Assembly: GCA_002811645.1 (NCBI GenBank)
Contig: PDIP01000057.1
Span: forward strand, 230,225 to 282,774
Direction: 5' to 3'
Source: Corallochytrium limacisporum Hawaii
Taxonomy: Eukaryota; Protista; Pluriformea
DNA: 52,550 nucleotides
Below are positions 22,407 through 32,656 of this stretch, one piece after another. The notes under the pieces are model-generated. The model was not told the DNA's origin, did not search any database, and saw only the letters and a program-made list of their open reading frames with translations. Every line of letters begins with the position of its first letter. Within the stretch, counting starts at the first letter, position 1. The position numbers and the translations under genes were made by a program.

Positions 22407-23675
22407 ATGAAAATATACAAAATTCAATTCATTCAAAATTGTCGTGGAAGATTTAATTTCACGAAGATTTAGTTTCACGAATTCATCAGAGATTCAATTG
22501 AACTGCAAGCGCCAATTAGCGCAATAGGAGCAGGCAGAAATATGAACACATGCAATAGCATACAGTGTCTATTCCCCTATCGCCATAGGTGCCTTCAATC
22601 GCTTGCGATCAGACGGTTACACTATCAAAGATTATGGTTGATGTGTAGAAGGTACATATCAATACTTCGTTGTGATAGAAGAATGGAATCCCCCAGAAAT
22701 GAAACTCATCGCCACTGTACTTCATTCTATCAGTCTATTTTGCCTTCATTTTGAAGTATTACATCAAGTTTGCCACACGTAGACATCTAAATTCACTGAT
22801 ATGGATGTAGAATTACATTCGTAGATTCAGTGGATCAGTCATGTAGGCCATATTCGAGAACAGTGCATGAGCTTGGAAAATTCCGAAATGAGGAGCGAAA
22901 AGTGTTCTTCACAGCTAACGAGAAATAAATGAACCTTAGTGGACACAAGATCACGTTTTTCAGTTCAATTGAATTGAGGATGCGCTACAGCTACATTTCT
23001 GGGCCTCAGACTGCGTTCCTGGGTCATAGTGGGTATTCTTGGCATTCGGTGTATCTGATATTCGAATTTGCTTCATGTGCTTTCGCTATTGTTGTGTGGA
23101 TAGTACTTTCTAAGCGGTTCTCAATTTTCTATATGTGATTGAAGGCATTTTCTTTCTCGAGTTACAGAATATGTAATATATCTTTTATTCCTTAATTGCA
23201 TACCTGACCATACACATCATTTTCTAGAAGTCACCAGCGCTGCCTCCCTGAGTTTCTCTCCAACCGTCAAGTTCGAGCCCCGCTTGTCTCTCATCCGTCT
23301 GCAAATACTTCGTTATAGTGTGCAACGCTGGAACAGAGAGCGGTCGGCAATTCGGAACCTGTTTTGATACAGTTGGCGGTGACCCCCCCCCCCCCAACCA
23401 CCCCGGGGGATGGTGCTGTCTGCACCAGCTCGATTTCGGCACGATTTCTACGTTAAATTACCCATCCAACGCGCTAGATATCTTCCGGTGCCACACCCAC
23501 CAAGTTGGAGGAAACAAGGTAACCGCGGTAAGCATCTGGTAGCTCCAATGTAGTCCCTTTCCTGGGGCTAACTTGGTACTAAATACAATCAATTTGTATG
23601 TTCGCGAGCATTCAAATGATCATGGACCTCAGAGAGTTCTTGACATAGGAGAGAAAGGTAACTTTCTATGCAACA

Positions 23676-24014
23676 ATGCTCCGGGCGCAGAGCTCTCTTC
23701 TGAGGGCCATGGGTTCACGAATACGTCCTGGTGTTCGATTTCGTCCACGAGCTTATGCCCAAAACACAAATTTGAAGCGGAATGTCGCTCGGGAACCAAC
23801 TTCAGAGGAGGTGCAGGATCTAGAAAAGCCATTGCTCTTCGGGAATCACCAGGGACTATTCAGAAACTTTATCTTTTTGGCCTGCTTTGGATCGTTTATA
23901 TACACTGTATGGATTCTGGACTATGGTGAACAAGAGCATTGCTTTTCGGAGCTGCGTCGGTATACGAAACGAGTATGGCAGGGAGTTACGGCACCAAAAG
24001 AAAATGGAAGATGA
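23676..24014 (+). CDS. Small putative mitochondrial single-pass membrane protein
   Basis: 112 aa; Arg-rich acid-free presequence (MLRAQSSLLRAMGSRIRPGVRFRPRAYA), one hydrophobic segment, then DYGEQEHCFSELRRY. Confidence 0.65.
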   Translation: MLRAQSSLLRAMGSRIRPGVRFRPRAYAQNTNLKRNVAREPTSEEVQDLEKPLLFGNHQGLFRNFIFLACFGSFIYTVWILDYGEQEHCFSELRRYTKRVWQGVTAPKENGR

Positions 24015-26114
24015 CTCTGCTTTAGATCGGTTTGTTCAACGCGCCTCCAATGCGTCAAAGACAACTGGACACTGCGTCATCACGGCATTGCGGCGGTGAA
24101 CAACTCTCTATTTGAGGACACGTTCTGCTTGATGACATTACTCTCCTCAATCGGGGCTTCAATTTCTTGCTGATGCCCCAAGGGCTTTAGAGATATACAG
24201 CGACAATGAGGAGAACTGGTCGATATTAAGGCACCCATCGATCACGTGCCAGTCAACTTCGAGTGTCAAGAGCATTTATTGTCAATTGCATTTCAGAGAA
24301 AGGTTCTATACTTCGTTCGGAGTCCCTGATTCGATCGGCTTCGCAGCCCGTTGATCGAATGTGGAGGTTTTTGAGAGCCTCCTGAGGATCGGTACATGGT
24401 TGAATCCAGGGTCATGTAGTGTGGGGCTAAGTCTCACGTTGCGTGTTATCCCTCAGATGGATTGCTTCTGGCATATCTTCCATGTCTCCCCATTGATGCC
24501 ATAAGCTTTCCACATCGGGTTTCATAGGAAATCGGATCACTCAATGGGTGTGTTTCTTATACACCAGCTGGCTGCCAACAATGTGCATCAATTACCTGGG
24601 CATCGGCAGTTTGGGGTACCTATTCGAAATATTGAAAAATTCGAATAATCCTGATTTAAAATGTATCCCCCTCCCCGTAAGCTGAGCACCTACTTTTGTA
24701 CGAATATATATGTAAAGTAGTGTGCACAACTGTTCTTCGATGCCTCTCTCTAAGTATCTAACCAGAGCCGGGTTGCGGCCTGGTGACTACTGACCGCCTT
24801 CCAGCAGCTGCGGTGAGGGAGAAATGGCTTTCTATCAAGCGATTTGAGCTTGAGTATGGACTCTTGGGCTGGTCTCGAGACCACTCGGGTTCATTAACTA
24901 TACCAGAATGGACGAGTAGGGTGAGCTGTTTGCATGTGGCCCAGAGGTACCCAGAGACAAGTTCCAGCAGTTATCAGGAGATATTGAGTGCTCGAGGTGC
25001 GCCCTTGGCGCAGACAACGAAGTCTTTGCACTTCGAACTAGGTCCCCCAACCGGAGCACCGTGAAGGACGAAGACATCTCGAAGCAGAATCGAGGACCAG
25101 AGTCTGTGGCACACTGTGCTGATTTGTGAATTCTTTGTTTGGGCTGAGACTGTGTAGTGAACTACTCTTCCGAGAGATATTCAACCACCTGCCGCAATAT
25201 ATAATGTTTTCTGCAGCCAACGAAGAAAAAAAATTGTTACAGTTCCGTTTTTGTTTTGGTTTGTTTACGTGTCTTTCCAGTGGCAATTTACTTATTTAGA
25301 CTACCTCACACATGGATGTTTGGTATATGGTGATGGGAATGAGGGTGGATTAGGGGATTAGACCAGCACGCAGGGGCCGCATGCTGGTGATTCCGCCACG
25401 GCTACCGCGCCTGTGGTGTACCTGCTCCTTCCGTGAGTTGCCCGCCGGCTTTGCCTCCACGACTTCCCCCGGTTCCTGATGCTCTCTGTTGTTTTATACT
25501 TTGTTTTGATGGAAAAACAACTTTCCGGTGCTCGGATCCGGGAATGGCTTGCCAAGCCAATTCGGTTGTTTTAGTATGGGAGTGTGGGCAAACACAGATC
25601 ATTTTTGGAAACAGTACTTTCACTATGGGAAGGAAAAACATGTGGTGCACACACCACGCTATGACGGTGTTGTCGTCGTGTTTGTGCTTGTGTTTGTAGT
25701 GCTGAACGGGGGTAGACCACACGGGGTAACCCGTTCTCACCCTGTGTTCCACTACTGTGAGGAACCCCAAGCCTCGCACAAAGAGCTTTAGAGGGATATA
25801 GTAGTGAAGGTGTTGTGTGAAAGGGCACGAGTATGTCTTTTGGTATCATTGTTGCGTGTCTTATGTCGCTGTCTATGCAAGCTCCTGTGTTCAGCGCTTT
25901 CGTTACGCTTTCGCATTCAAATTGAAACTTGATATGTCAGTTTACATTAGACTTTGAATAACAAAGTGAGATACAATTGTGAATCTATTCGTGATGAACA
26001 CGAAACCTATTTGTTTGTTTACTATTTCCCACATGCAAAACATGTGCCCTGTGCAAGTAAGCCTCGGATTTAGGTTTGTATACATATTACTAGAATCAAA
26101 GTCTTTCGGGCACT

Positions 26115-27749
26115 ATGCTGTCTAGGTTCTCAGCTAGCCGTGCCCTTACTCGGGTTGGGCGTGTTGGTCTGTCTCAGGGATATGTCGCTGGTGCTGTTGC
26201 CACAAGCGCACGCCGCTGGGCTTCTACCTCTGAAGTTTCTTCCATCCTCGAGGAGCGCATCCTGGGAGCCACCTCCAAGGTTGATATCAACGAGACTGGT
26301 CGCATTTTGGCTGTCGGTGACGGTATTGCTCGTGTCTATGGCCTGAAGAATGTCCAGGCCGAGGAAATGGTTGAGTTCCAACCCTCTGGTATCAAGGGTA
26401 TGGCTCTGAACTTGGAACCCGACAACGTTGGTATTGTAATTTTCGGTAACGACAAGGAGATCAAGGAGGGTGATCTTGTCAAGCGAACCGGTGCTATTGT
26501 CGATGTTCCCGTCGGTGAAGAGCTGCTTGGACGTGTTGTTGATGGTCTGGGTCAGCCTATCGATGGCAAGGGACCCATCACCTCAAAGAAGCGCACTCGT
26601 GTCGGTGTTAAGGCTCCCGGCATTATTCCCCGTAAGTCTGTGCACGAGCCCATGCAGAGTGGTTTGAAGTGCGTCGACTCTCTTGTACCCATTGGCCGCG
26701 GTCAGCGTGAGCTGATTATTGGTGACCGTCAGACTGGTAAGACTGCTGTTGCTCTGGACACCATCTTGAACCAGAAACGTTTCAACGATGGTACCGATGA
26801 GAAGGCCAAGTTGTACTGCATCTACGTTGCTGTTGGCCAGAAGCGTTCGACTGTGGCCCAATTTGTGCGTGTGTTGGAGAACAACGATGCCATGAAGTAC
26901 TCTATTGTCGTCGCTGCCACCGCGTCTGATGCTGCTCCTCTCCAGTACCTTGCCCCGTACTCCGGCTGTGCTCTTGGCGAGTACTTCCGTGACAACGGCA
27001 AGCATGCTCTGATCATCTACGACGATTTGTCCAAGCAAGCTGTTGCGTACCGTCAGATGTCCCTGCTGCTGCGTCGTCCTCCCGGTCGTGAGGCCTACCC
27101 CGGTGATGTCTTCTACCTGCATAGCCGTCTACTCGAACGTGCGGCAAAGATGAACGAAGACTTCGGCGCCGGTTCCCTGACTGCCCTGCCCGTCATTGAG
27201 ACTCAGGCCGGTGATGTGTCTGCCTACATTCCCACCAATGTAATTTCCATTACCGACGGTCAGATTTTCCTGGAGACTGAGCTGTTCTACAAGGGTATCC
27301 GCCCCGCTATCAACGTCGGTCTGTCTGTGTCCCGTGTCGGTTCCGCTGCCCAGACCAAGGCCATGAAGCAGGTGTCCGGTTCCATGAAGCTGGAGCTTGC
27401 CCAATACCGTGAAGTTGCCGCGTTCGCCCAGTTTGGTTCCGATTTGGATGCTGCCACCCAGTCTCTGCTGAACCGTGGTGAGCGATTGACTGAGCTGCTG
27501 AAACAGGACCAGTACAGCCCACTGTCCATTGAGGAGCAGGTGCCCGTCATCTACTCTGGAGTCCGTGGTTTCCTTGACAAGGTCCCTGTGTCCAAGATCG
27601 GTGTCTTTGAGGTTGACTTGCTGCAGCACCTGAAGTCTGAGCATAGTGATATCCTGGAGTCCATCCGTACCAAGGGAGCTCTGGACGATGCCACTGACAA
27701 GAAGCTGGCTGATGTTCTGACCACTTTCGTTCAGGGATACGTCGCTTGA
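26115..27749 (+). CDS. ATP5F1A: Mitochondrial ATP synthase F1 alpha subunit, nuclear-encoded precursor
   Basis: Presequence, [43 protein letters not shown]; strongly biased codons. Confidence 0.98.
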   Translation: MLSRFSASRALTRVGRVGLSQGYVAGAVATSARRWASTSEVSSILEERILGATSKVDINETGRILAVGDGIARVYGLKNVQAEEMVEFQPSGIKGMALNLEPDNVGIVIFGNDKEIKEGDLVKRTGAIVDVPVGEELLGRVVDGLGQPIDGKGPITSKKRTRVGVKAPGIIPRKSVHEPMQSGLKCVDSLVPIGRGQRELIIGDRQTGKTAVALDTILNQKRFNDGTDEKAKLYCIYVAVGQKRSTVAQFVRVLENNDAMKYSIVVAATASDAAPLQYLAPYSGCALGEYFRDNGKHALIIYDDLSKQAVAYRQMSLLLRRPPGREAYPGDVFYLHSRLLERAAKMNEDFGAGSLTALPVIETQAGDVSAYIPTNVISITDGQIFLETELFYKGIRPAINVGLSVSRVGSAAQTKAMKQVSGSMKLELAQYREVAAFAQFGSDLDAATQSLLNRGERLTELLKQDQYSPLSIEEQVPVIYSGVRGFLDKVPVSKIGVFEVDLLQHLKSEHSDILESIRTKGALDDATDKKLADVLTTFVQGYVA

Positions 27750-28031
27750 GTGTGTTCAGTTTAGCACAGCAAACCAAATAGTTTCCACTTTGCTGCGTGA
27801 ATGCATTATTTCGGCAGCTTTATGGTCATGTTAGGACCGGCATATTGCTCATAAAAAGCAAACCACCAATAGCATACATTTCTCTAAAAGAAAAAACAAA
27901 GCTTACCGAACACAAATACAGTATTGCAAGTTTCAAATTTTACAATTTTTGTAGCGGAGCCCGAAGCAATTGTGTTCGGTTGTCCTGAATAACGTCTGTA
28001 TTTACTATGACAATTGTTCCTGGCATGTCCT

Positions 28032-28664
28032 TTATCTATTGTGGTGTACATGGTGCACCTGATGCTCCTCATACCACACATAATAGTAGAGCAGCAAGGG
28101 AGCAACCAGGGCAAACAATACCAGCAGTATGACAATAGCGGTATTACTGATGCTTATACCGTCCTGGAACGACTGCCGGAAACGTGCTGGCATGGCTGAC
28201 ATTGACCAAGTGGTGTCTGGAACATCAGTCTCCGCTGTGATTTCGTCAATGTTCCGCCTGCTTGATGACAGCTCCTTATCTACCCGGTCCAACAACGACA
28301 GCCCATTCTTCCCATCGCCTTCATCGACTGAACCCCCGCCTCCTGATTCCAACAAATCTAAATCACCTTTTTCGAATTCCTCCTTCTTCTTTATAGCTTC
28401 TTCGTGTAGTATTCCGTGCTTTATCACACGCACCTTGAGAACCTTGCGTCCATGCAGCTCATCATTCGCATAAATCTTGTTCAATTTCTTTAAGGAATCA
28501 ACTGTTGTCCTATATTTGATCGCAATTCCCTGGAGTGTATTGGAAGGCTCGATGTCATGCTCTATGATCTCGAAGGTATCGAGCGGTAAACCAGACTCAC
28601 TAGAATCTGAAGCGTTCCGGCTATTGGGTGCCTTGCCCCGGTCATCTTTCGCTTGTCGAAGCAT
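28032..28664 (-). CDS. LysM-domain single-pass membrane protein (LYSMD3/4-like architecture)
   Basis: LysM: HDIEPSNTLQGIAIKYRTTVDSLKKLNKI...LKV; C-terminal TM helix followed by a His-rich tail. Confidence 0.85.
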   Translation of the reverse strand: MLRQAKDDRGKAPNSRNASDSSESGLPLDTFEIIEHDIEPSNTLQGIAIKYRTTVDSLKKLNKIYANDELHGRKVLKVRVIKHGILHEEAIKKKEEFEKGDLDLLESGGGGSVDEGDGKNGLSLLDRVDKELSSSRRNIDEITAETDVPDTTWSMSAMPARFRQSFQDGISISNTAIVILLVLFALVAPLLLYYYVWYEEHQVHHVHHNR

Positions 28665-29374
28665 TCTACCGAGGAGTCGTCCTCTATGAAACGTGCTCCA
28701 TGGTTCGCCGGTGCTGTCCAGGTCAAGAAAGTCTCTTACCTATGTTATCCGAGATTCTACACAAGCCGGTCTCAGACCATTCAACTAACTTTGGATGAAT
28801 TCCTCAAGTACCAAAGACACTACTTTAGCAACCGAATTGGAGGGAACTTGCCGACTATTTTCCAACAACCCCCACCCCCCCGCGGGGGCCCCAGTGCAAG
28901 TCGGGGATTCACCCAGGCACTCTCATTTGATGTCCGGGATCTCGAATCTTCATAAAATCAATATTATTGGCAGGTCTAACCCGATGTGTGCGATCCGTAC
29001 GAGTTCTGCACACGTCAATGCAATAGTGATGCTGAGGGGTCGCAATCCCCCAGTGTACTAAGATGATCTGTCATTGCTCCCCCATCATGATTATCAGTGC
29101 TCGCGGTTATATGAGTCTGTTCTATGTCAAGAAATGTTGAAACTATTCGTGCCAGCTTGAAGCTGCGCCGTGCCATGTGCACGGAGACTGACGTTTGATT
29201 CTTCCTCTACACGTCCAGATGATGTGTTGGAGAAGCAAAGCCACCATGGCGATCAAGGTTTTGGTTCTGTGCTATAGTGGCTGTAGTTTGTTGAAAGCCC
29301 GGCCCACTTAACAGTAGTGCGTCTCATCTGTCATCTCGCCCCAAAACTCCATTTCTAGGGGGGCCCCCCGGGGG

Positions 29375-29608
29375 NNNNNNNNNNNNNNNNNNNNNNNNNN
29401 NNNNNNNNNNNNNNNNNNNNNNNNNNNNNNNNNNNNNNNNNNNNNNNNNNNNNNNNNNNNNNNNNNNNNNNNNNNNNNNNNNNNNNNNNNNNNNNNNNNN
29501 NNNNNNNNNNNNNNNNNNNNNNNNNNNNNNNNNNNNNNNNNNNNNNNNNNNNNNNNNNNNNNNNNNNNNNNNNNNNNNNNNNNNNNNNNNNNNNNNNNNN
29601 NNNNNNNN
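29375..29608. other. Assembly gap (N-run)
   Basis: Run of Ns flanked by G-rich sequence. Confidence 0.99.
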
Positions 29609-30468
29609 GGGTGGGGGTGTTGTTGGGAGAGGGTGGGAGGGAGGAACCGGCTAGCGGACAATGTTTTTGCAGACGAGCTCTGGAACCCACGGTGAATGTG
29701 TGGCAAGGAGGTTGGTATCGCTGCTGTCATGTGGATGCAATGGCAGTACGCTTGCTGCTGGTGATGTGGTCACCGATTCGCCGAGATGATTCAGAGCGAG
29801 GAAACGCTGCTGCTGTGTGAAGGGTTTTTTTTTTTGCGTGTGTGTGTCCCGACTCATAATTTGCCACGGTATGGGGGGGGGTGAGAAGGAGGGGGACCAA
29901 GTGGTCCTCCGGTACATACTGTAAACAGTCAGCTTAGAAAGTGCCCCAAAAGTGTTTCGATCCAAACACCCGCACTACTTTCTAATGCATCCGAATGGCA
30001 GCGCAATTTTCAGGACCAGCATTTGCGAGACAACAATTTTTGGGGATGACGGTTCTAGTATTGAACGTATGAACATTGGGAGAGCCCCCAACAACTTTTA
30101 CCCACCGGAAGTAGTGGCAACGGTTTATGGGGCCCGCTGCTTGGGAAGAAAAAGCTCAAGAGTTTGGGGGGGGGTTCCAGTAGGGGAGCAAGCGGGGGAA
30201 AGGCCGGGTAGCCCCACACGTAGCAGTATTGCGAGTGCCTTTATCACTGGTCTGCAATACGCGTCGACGAAGAAACTAGATGAGGCATATCAACTCAAGT
30301 TGCCGCCAGTCGTGACCTTTCACGAGTGGATGCTGTGGCTGTTCGTGAGGTGGATATTGTTATTCTGATGTCTGCGAAAAGGTATTTCCGAAATTCCATT
30401 TCACGTGCACCCAGGACGAACGTCTGATTCTACTGGTTGCGTTCTAAATTAGACGGTACACAACAATC

Positions 30469-31770
30469 ATGGCACCTCTGCAATTTCAGGCTAAGGGCCT
30501 TACAAGGGCTGCCAGCCATTTCCTTCCCCACGAGGACGATGAAATTTTCAAGGAACTTGACTACTATCCCGGAAAGGGTATGCGGCCGCGGATTGAAAAG
30601 GCCCGTCCATACGAAATCAACTGGGTTGTTGCTAGCGTGCTACTGACCACCCCTGTGATTGCATTCTGGACCATCTTCACTCAACCCTTGCGATGGGAAA
30701 CCGGGGTTTGGGCATTCACCATGTATCTGCTGACAGGCCTCAGCATCACAGCTGGATATCATCGGGCCATGAGCCATCGCTCGTATAAATCGCACTGGAC
30801 TCTGGAACTCTTCTTTGCTCTCTTCGGTGTCGCTGCAATGGAAGGAAGTGCCCTGTGGTGGTGCCGCAACCACCGCAGTCATCACCGTTGGACTGATACT
30901 CCGAAAGATCCTTACAATGTAGGCAAGGGTTTTCTCTGGGCACACATTGGATGGATGCTGTTCCATCAGAAAGCTGAGGAGGTGGGTCCCTCCGACATTG
31001 CCGATCTGAAGCGCAGCCCCATCTTGCGTTTCCAGCACAAGTATTACGCGCCTCTGGTGCTGGTCATGGGTGTAATATTCCCAACTGTTGTTGCCGGTCT
31101 CGGTTGGGGTGACTGGACAGGAGGCTTCCTGTGGGCGTGTATTGTGCGCATGGTGTTTGTCCATCATGCTACTTTCTGTGTGAACTCTCTTGCTCATTAC
31201 CTCGGTGACAACACTTATAGTGACCACCAGACTGCTGTAGACAGCATCATCACTGCTTTGGTGACGTTCGGTGAGGGCTACCATAACTTCCACCATGAGT
31301 TCCCCCAGGATTACCGCAATGGTATCAAATGGTATCACTACGATCCGACAAAGTGGTTAATCAATGCGCTGGTCTACGTTGGCTTGGTGAAGGATTTGAA
31401 GTATGTGTCCGATGAAGCTATTAACACTGCAACTCTACAAGTCAAGGAAGGTCGCCTTCAGAATATCAAGGCTCAGATCTCCTACGGTGTTTTGCTCACG
31501 GACCTGCCACCTGTTACTCGGAAGGAATTCGAAAATCGCTGCCAGGAACACGGGGAAACCTTGGTTATCATTGACAAGAAGATCTATGACGTCGGTCCCT
31601 TCCTGGATCAGCATCCTGGCGGTCGCAAAACCCTGGAGGAGTATATTGGCCGTGACGTGACTGATTTGTTCCTTGGTGTCACTGGAGATCATGTCCACAG
31701 CGTAAGCGCAGAAAGTTTCCTGCCGCGTTTGGCCGTTGGTCAGATTGTGGACGAGCTGAAGCACGATTAG
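30469..31770 (+). CDS. OLE1: Delta-9 acyl-CoA desaturase with C-terminal cytochrome b5 domain (Ole1-type)
   Basis: His boxes HRAMSH, HRSHH, HNFHH; GEGYHNFHHEFP; C-terminal b5 domain with IYDV..F...HPGG and HVHS. Confidence 0.92.
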   Translation: MAPLQFQAKGLTRAASHFLPHEDDEIFKELDYYPGKGMRPRIEKARPYEINWVVASVLLTTPVIAFWTIFTQPLRWETGVWAFTMYLLTGLSITAGYHRAMSHRSYKSHWTLELFFALFGVAAMEGSALWWCRNHRSHHRWTDTPKDPYNVGKGFLWAHIGWMLFHQKAEEVGPSDIADLKRSPILRFQHKYYAPLVLVMGVIFPTVVAGLGWGDWTGGFLWACIVRMVFVHHATFCVNSLAHYLGDNTYSDHQTAVDSIITALVTFGEGYHNFHHEFPQDYRNGIKWYHYDPTKWLINALVYVGLVKDLKYVSDEAINTATLQVKEGRLQNIKAQISYGVLLTDLPPVTRKEFENRCQEHGETLVIIDKKIYDVGPFLDQHPGGRKTLEEYIGRDVTDLFLGVTGDHVHSVSAESFLPRLAVGQIVDELKHD

Positions 31771-31861
31771 ATTTGAAATCATACATTGAAATAAAGAACC
31801 CGTTCGATTATCATAGACCGTCTTTTAAACATTAAGCAACGAGTGTTGACATGTCTCTCTA

Positions 31862-32656
31862 TTATGTAATGGAAATGATCATAATCATGAAGAAGAAGAC
31901 GCCTGTGATGGCCACAACCAGCAAAAGCATCCACCAGCTACCCGACCTTTCGATTTCTTTCCGCAGGCGATTGGCTTGCTTTCTTAGCCCGTCCATGTTT
32001 AGCATGGAAACATTTTCAGCCTTTTCAAGTGTTTTGATATCGTCCAGTACAATCTTTCCAGAAGTGATGGCATTTGCCTTCAGCGCCTGCACCATCTCGA
32101 TCATATCGCCAGCGATTGACTCTTGGGCTTTGCGGTGAAGGTCCATAGAATCTTCGACAGTAAGTTCTGCAGAAGAGTTTCTATTTTCTCTTCTTTGTAG
32201 CTGCATTCCTTCGTAGTCACCAAGCAACTCTCTCCGCATGCTGTTAAGAGCGTCTTGTCTGCCTTTCATTTCAAAAACTACAGCATCCGCGGCATTATCA
32301 TCCTCCCGGGAGACCACGGACTGTTCGTCCTCAGCTACATGCCGAACTCCGGAAGACTTCTGTCTCCCAAATATACGTACTGAGCTTTCTCTGCCAAGCA
32401 CGGAATCCATGGCCACTGCAGTGTTTTCTCGATCTGCCATTGATCGGGCATAGTTTGCCTTCCTTAAGAGTTCCGTCCATTCGTCCGGTTCAAAATAGGA
32501 GTCGATCCCATCCTCTTGCGCTTCTGCCACCCGCCGAGAGAGATAGTTCGTCAACTTAGCCACCCGCCATGAGTCGTGCTCTGAGAGCATTCGCCGTCCA
32601 GTGAGTATATCATGAACCCTTGAAACCAAAAGTCTAAGGCTCACGGCGCGATCCAT
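31862..32656 (-). CDS. USE1: USE1-like ER SNARE
   Basis: HRKAQESIAGDMIEMVQALKANA...DDIKTL SNARE-like coil and C-terminal TM anchor; N-terminal WR..KL..Y motif; 264 aa. Confidence 0.8.
   Translation of the reverse strand: MDRAVSLRLLVSRVHDILTGRRMLSEHDSWRVAKLTNYLSRRVAEAQEDGIDSYFEPDEWTELLRKANYARSMADRENTAVAMDSVLGRESSVRIFGRQKSSGVRHVAEDEQSVVSREDDNAADAVVFEMKGRQDALNSMRRELLGDYEGMQLQRRENRNSSAELTVEDSMDLHRKAQESIAGDMIEMVQALKANAITSGKIVLDDIKTLEKAENVSMLNMDGLRKQANRLRKEIERSGSWWMLLLVVAITGVFFFMIMIISIT

Noticed and set aside
26583-27644. Long antisense ORFs (179 and 171 aa) opposite ATP synthase alpha
   Set aside because: Shadow ORFs from strong codon bias of the sense gene; no motifs.
30640-31338. 232-aa antisense ORF opposite the desaturase
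   Set aside because: Shadow frame of a conserved CDS.
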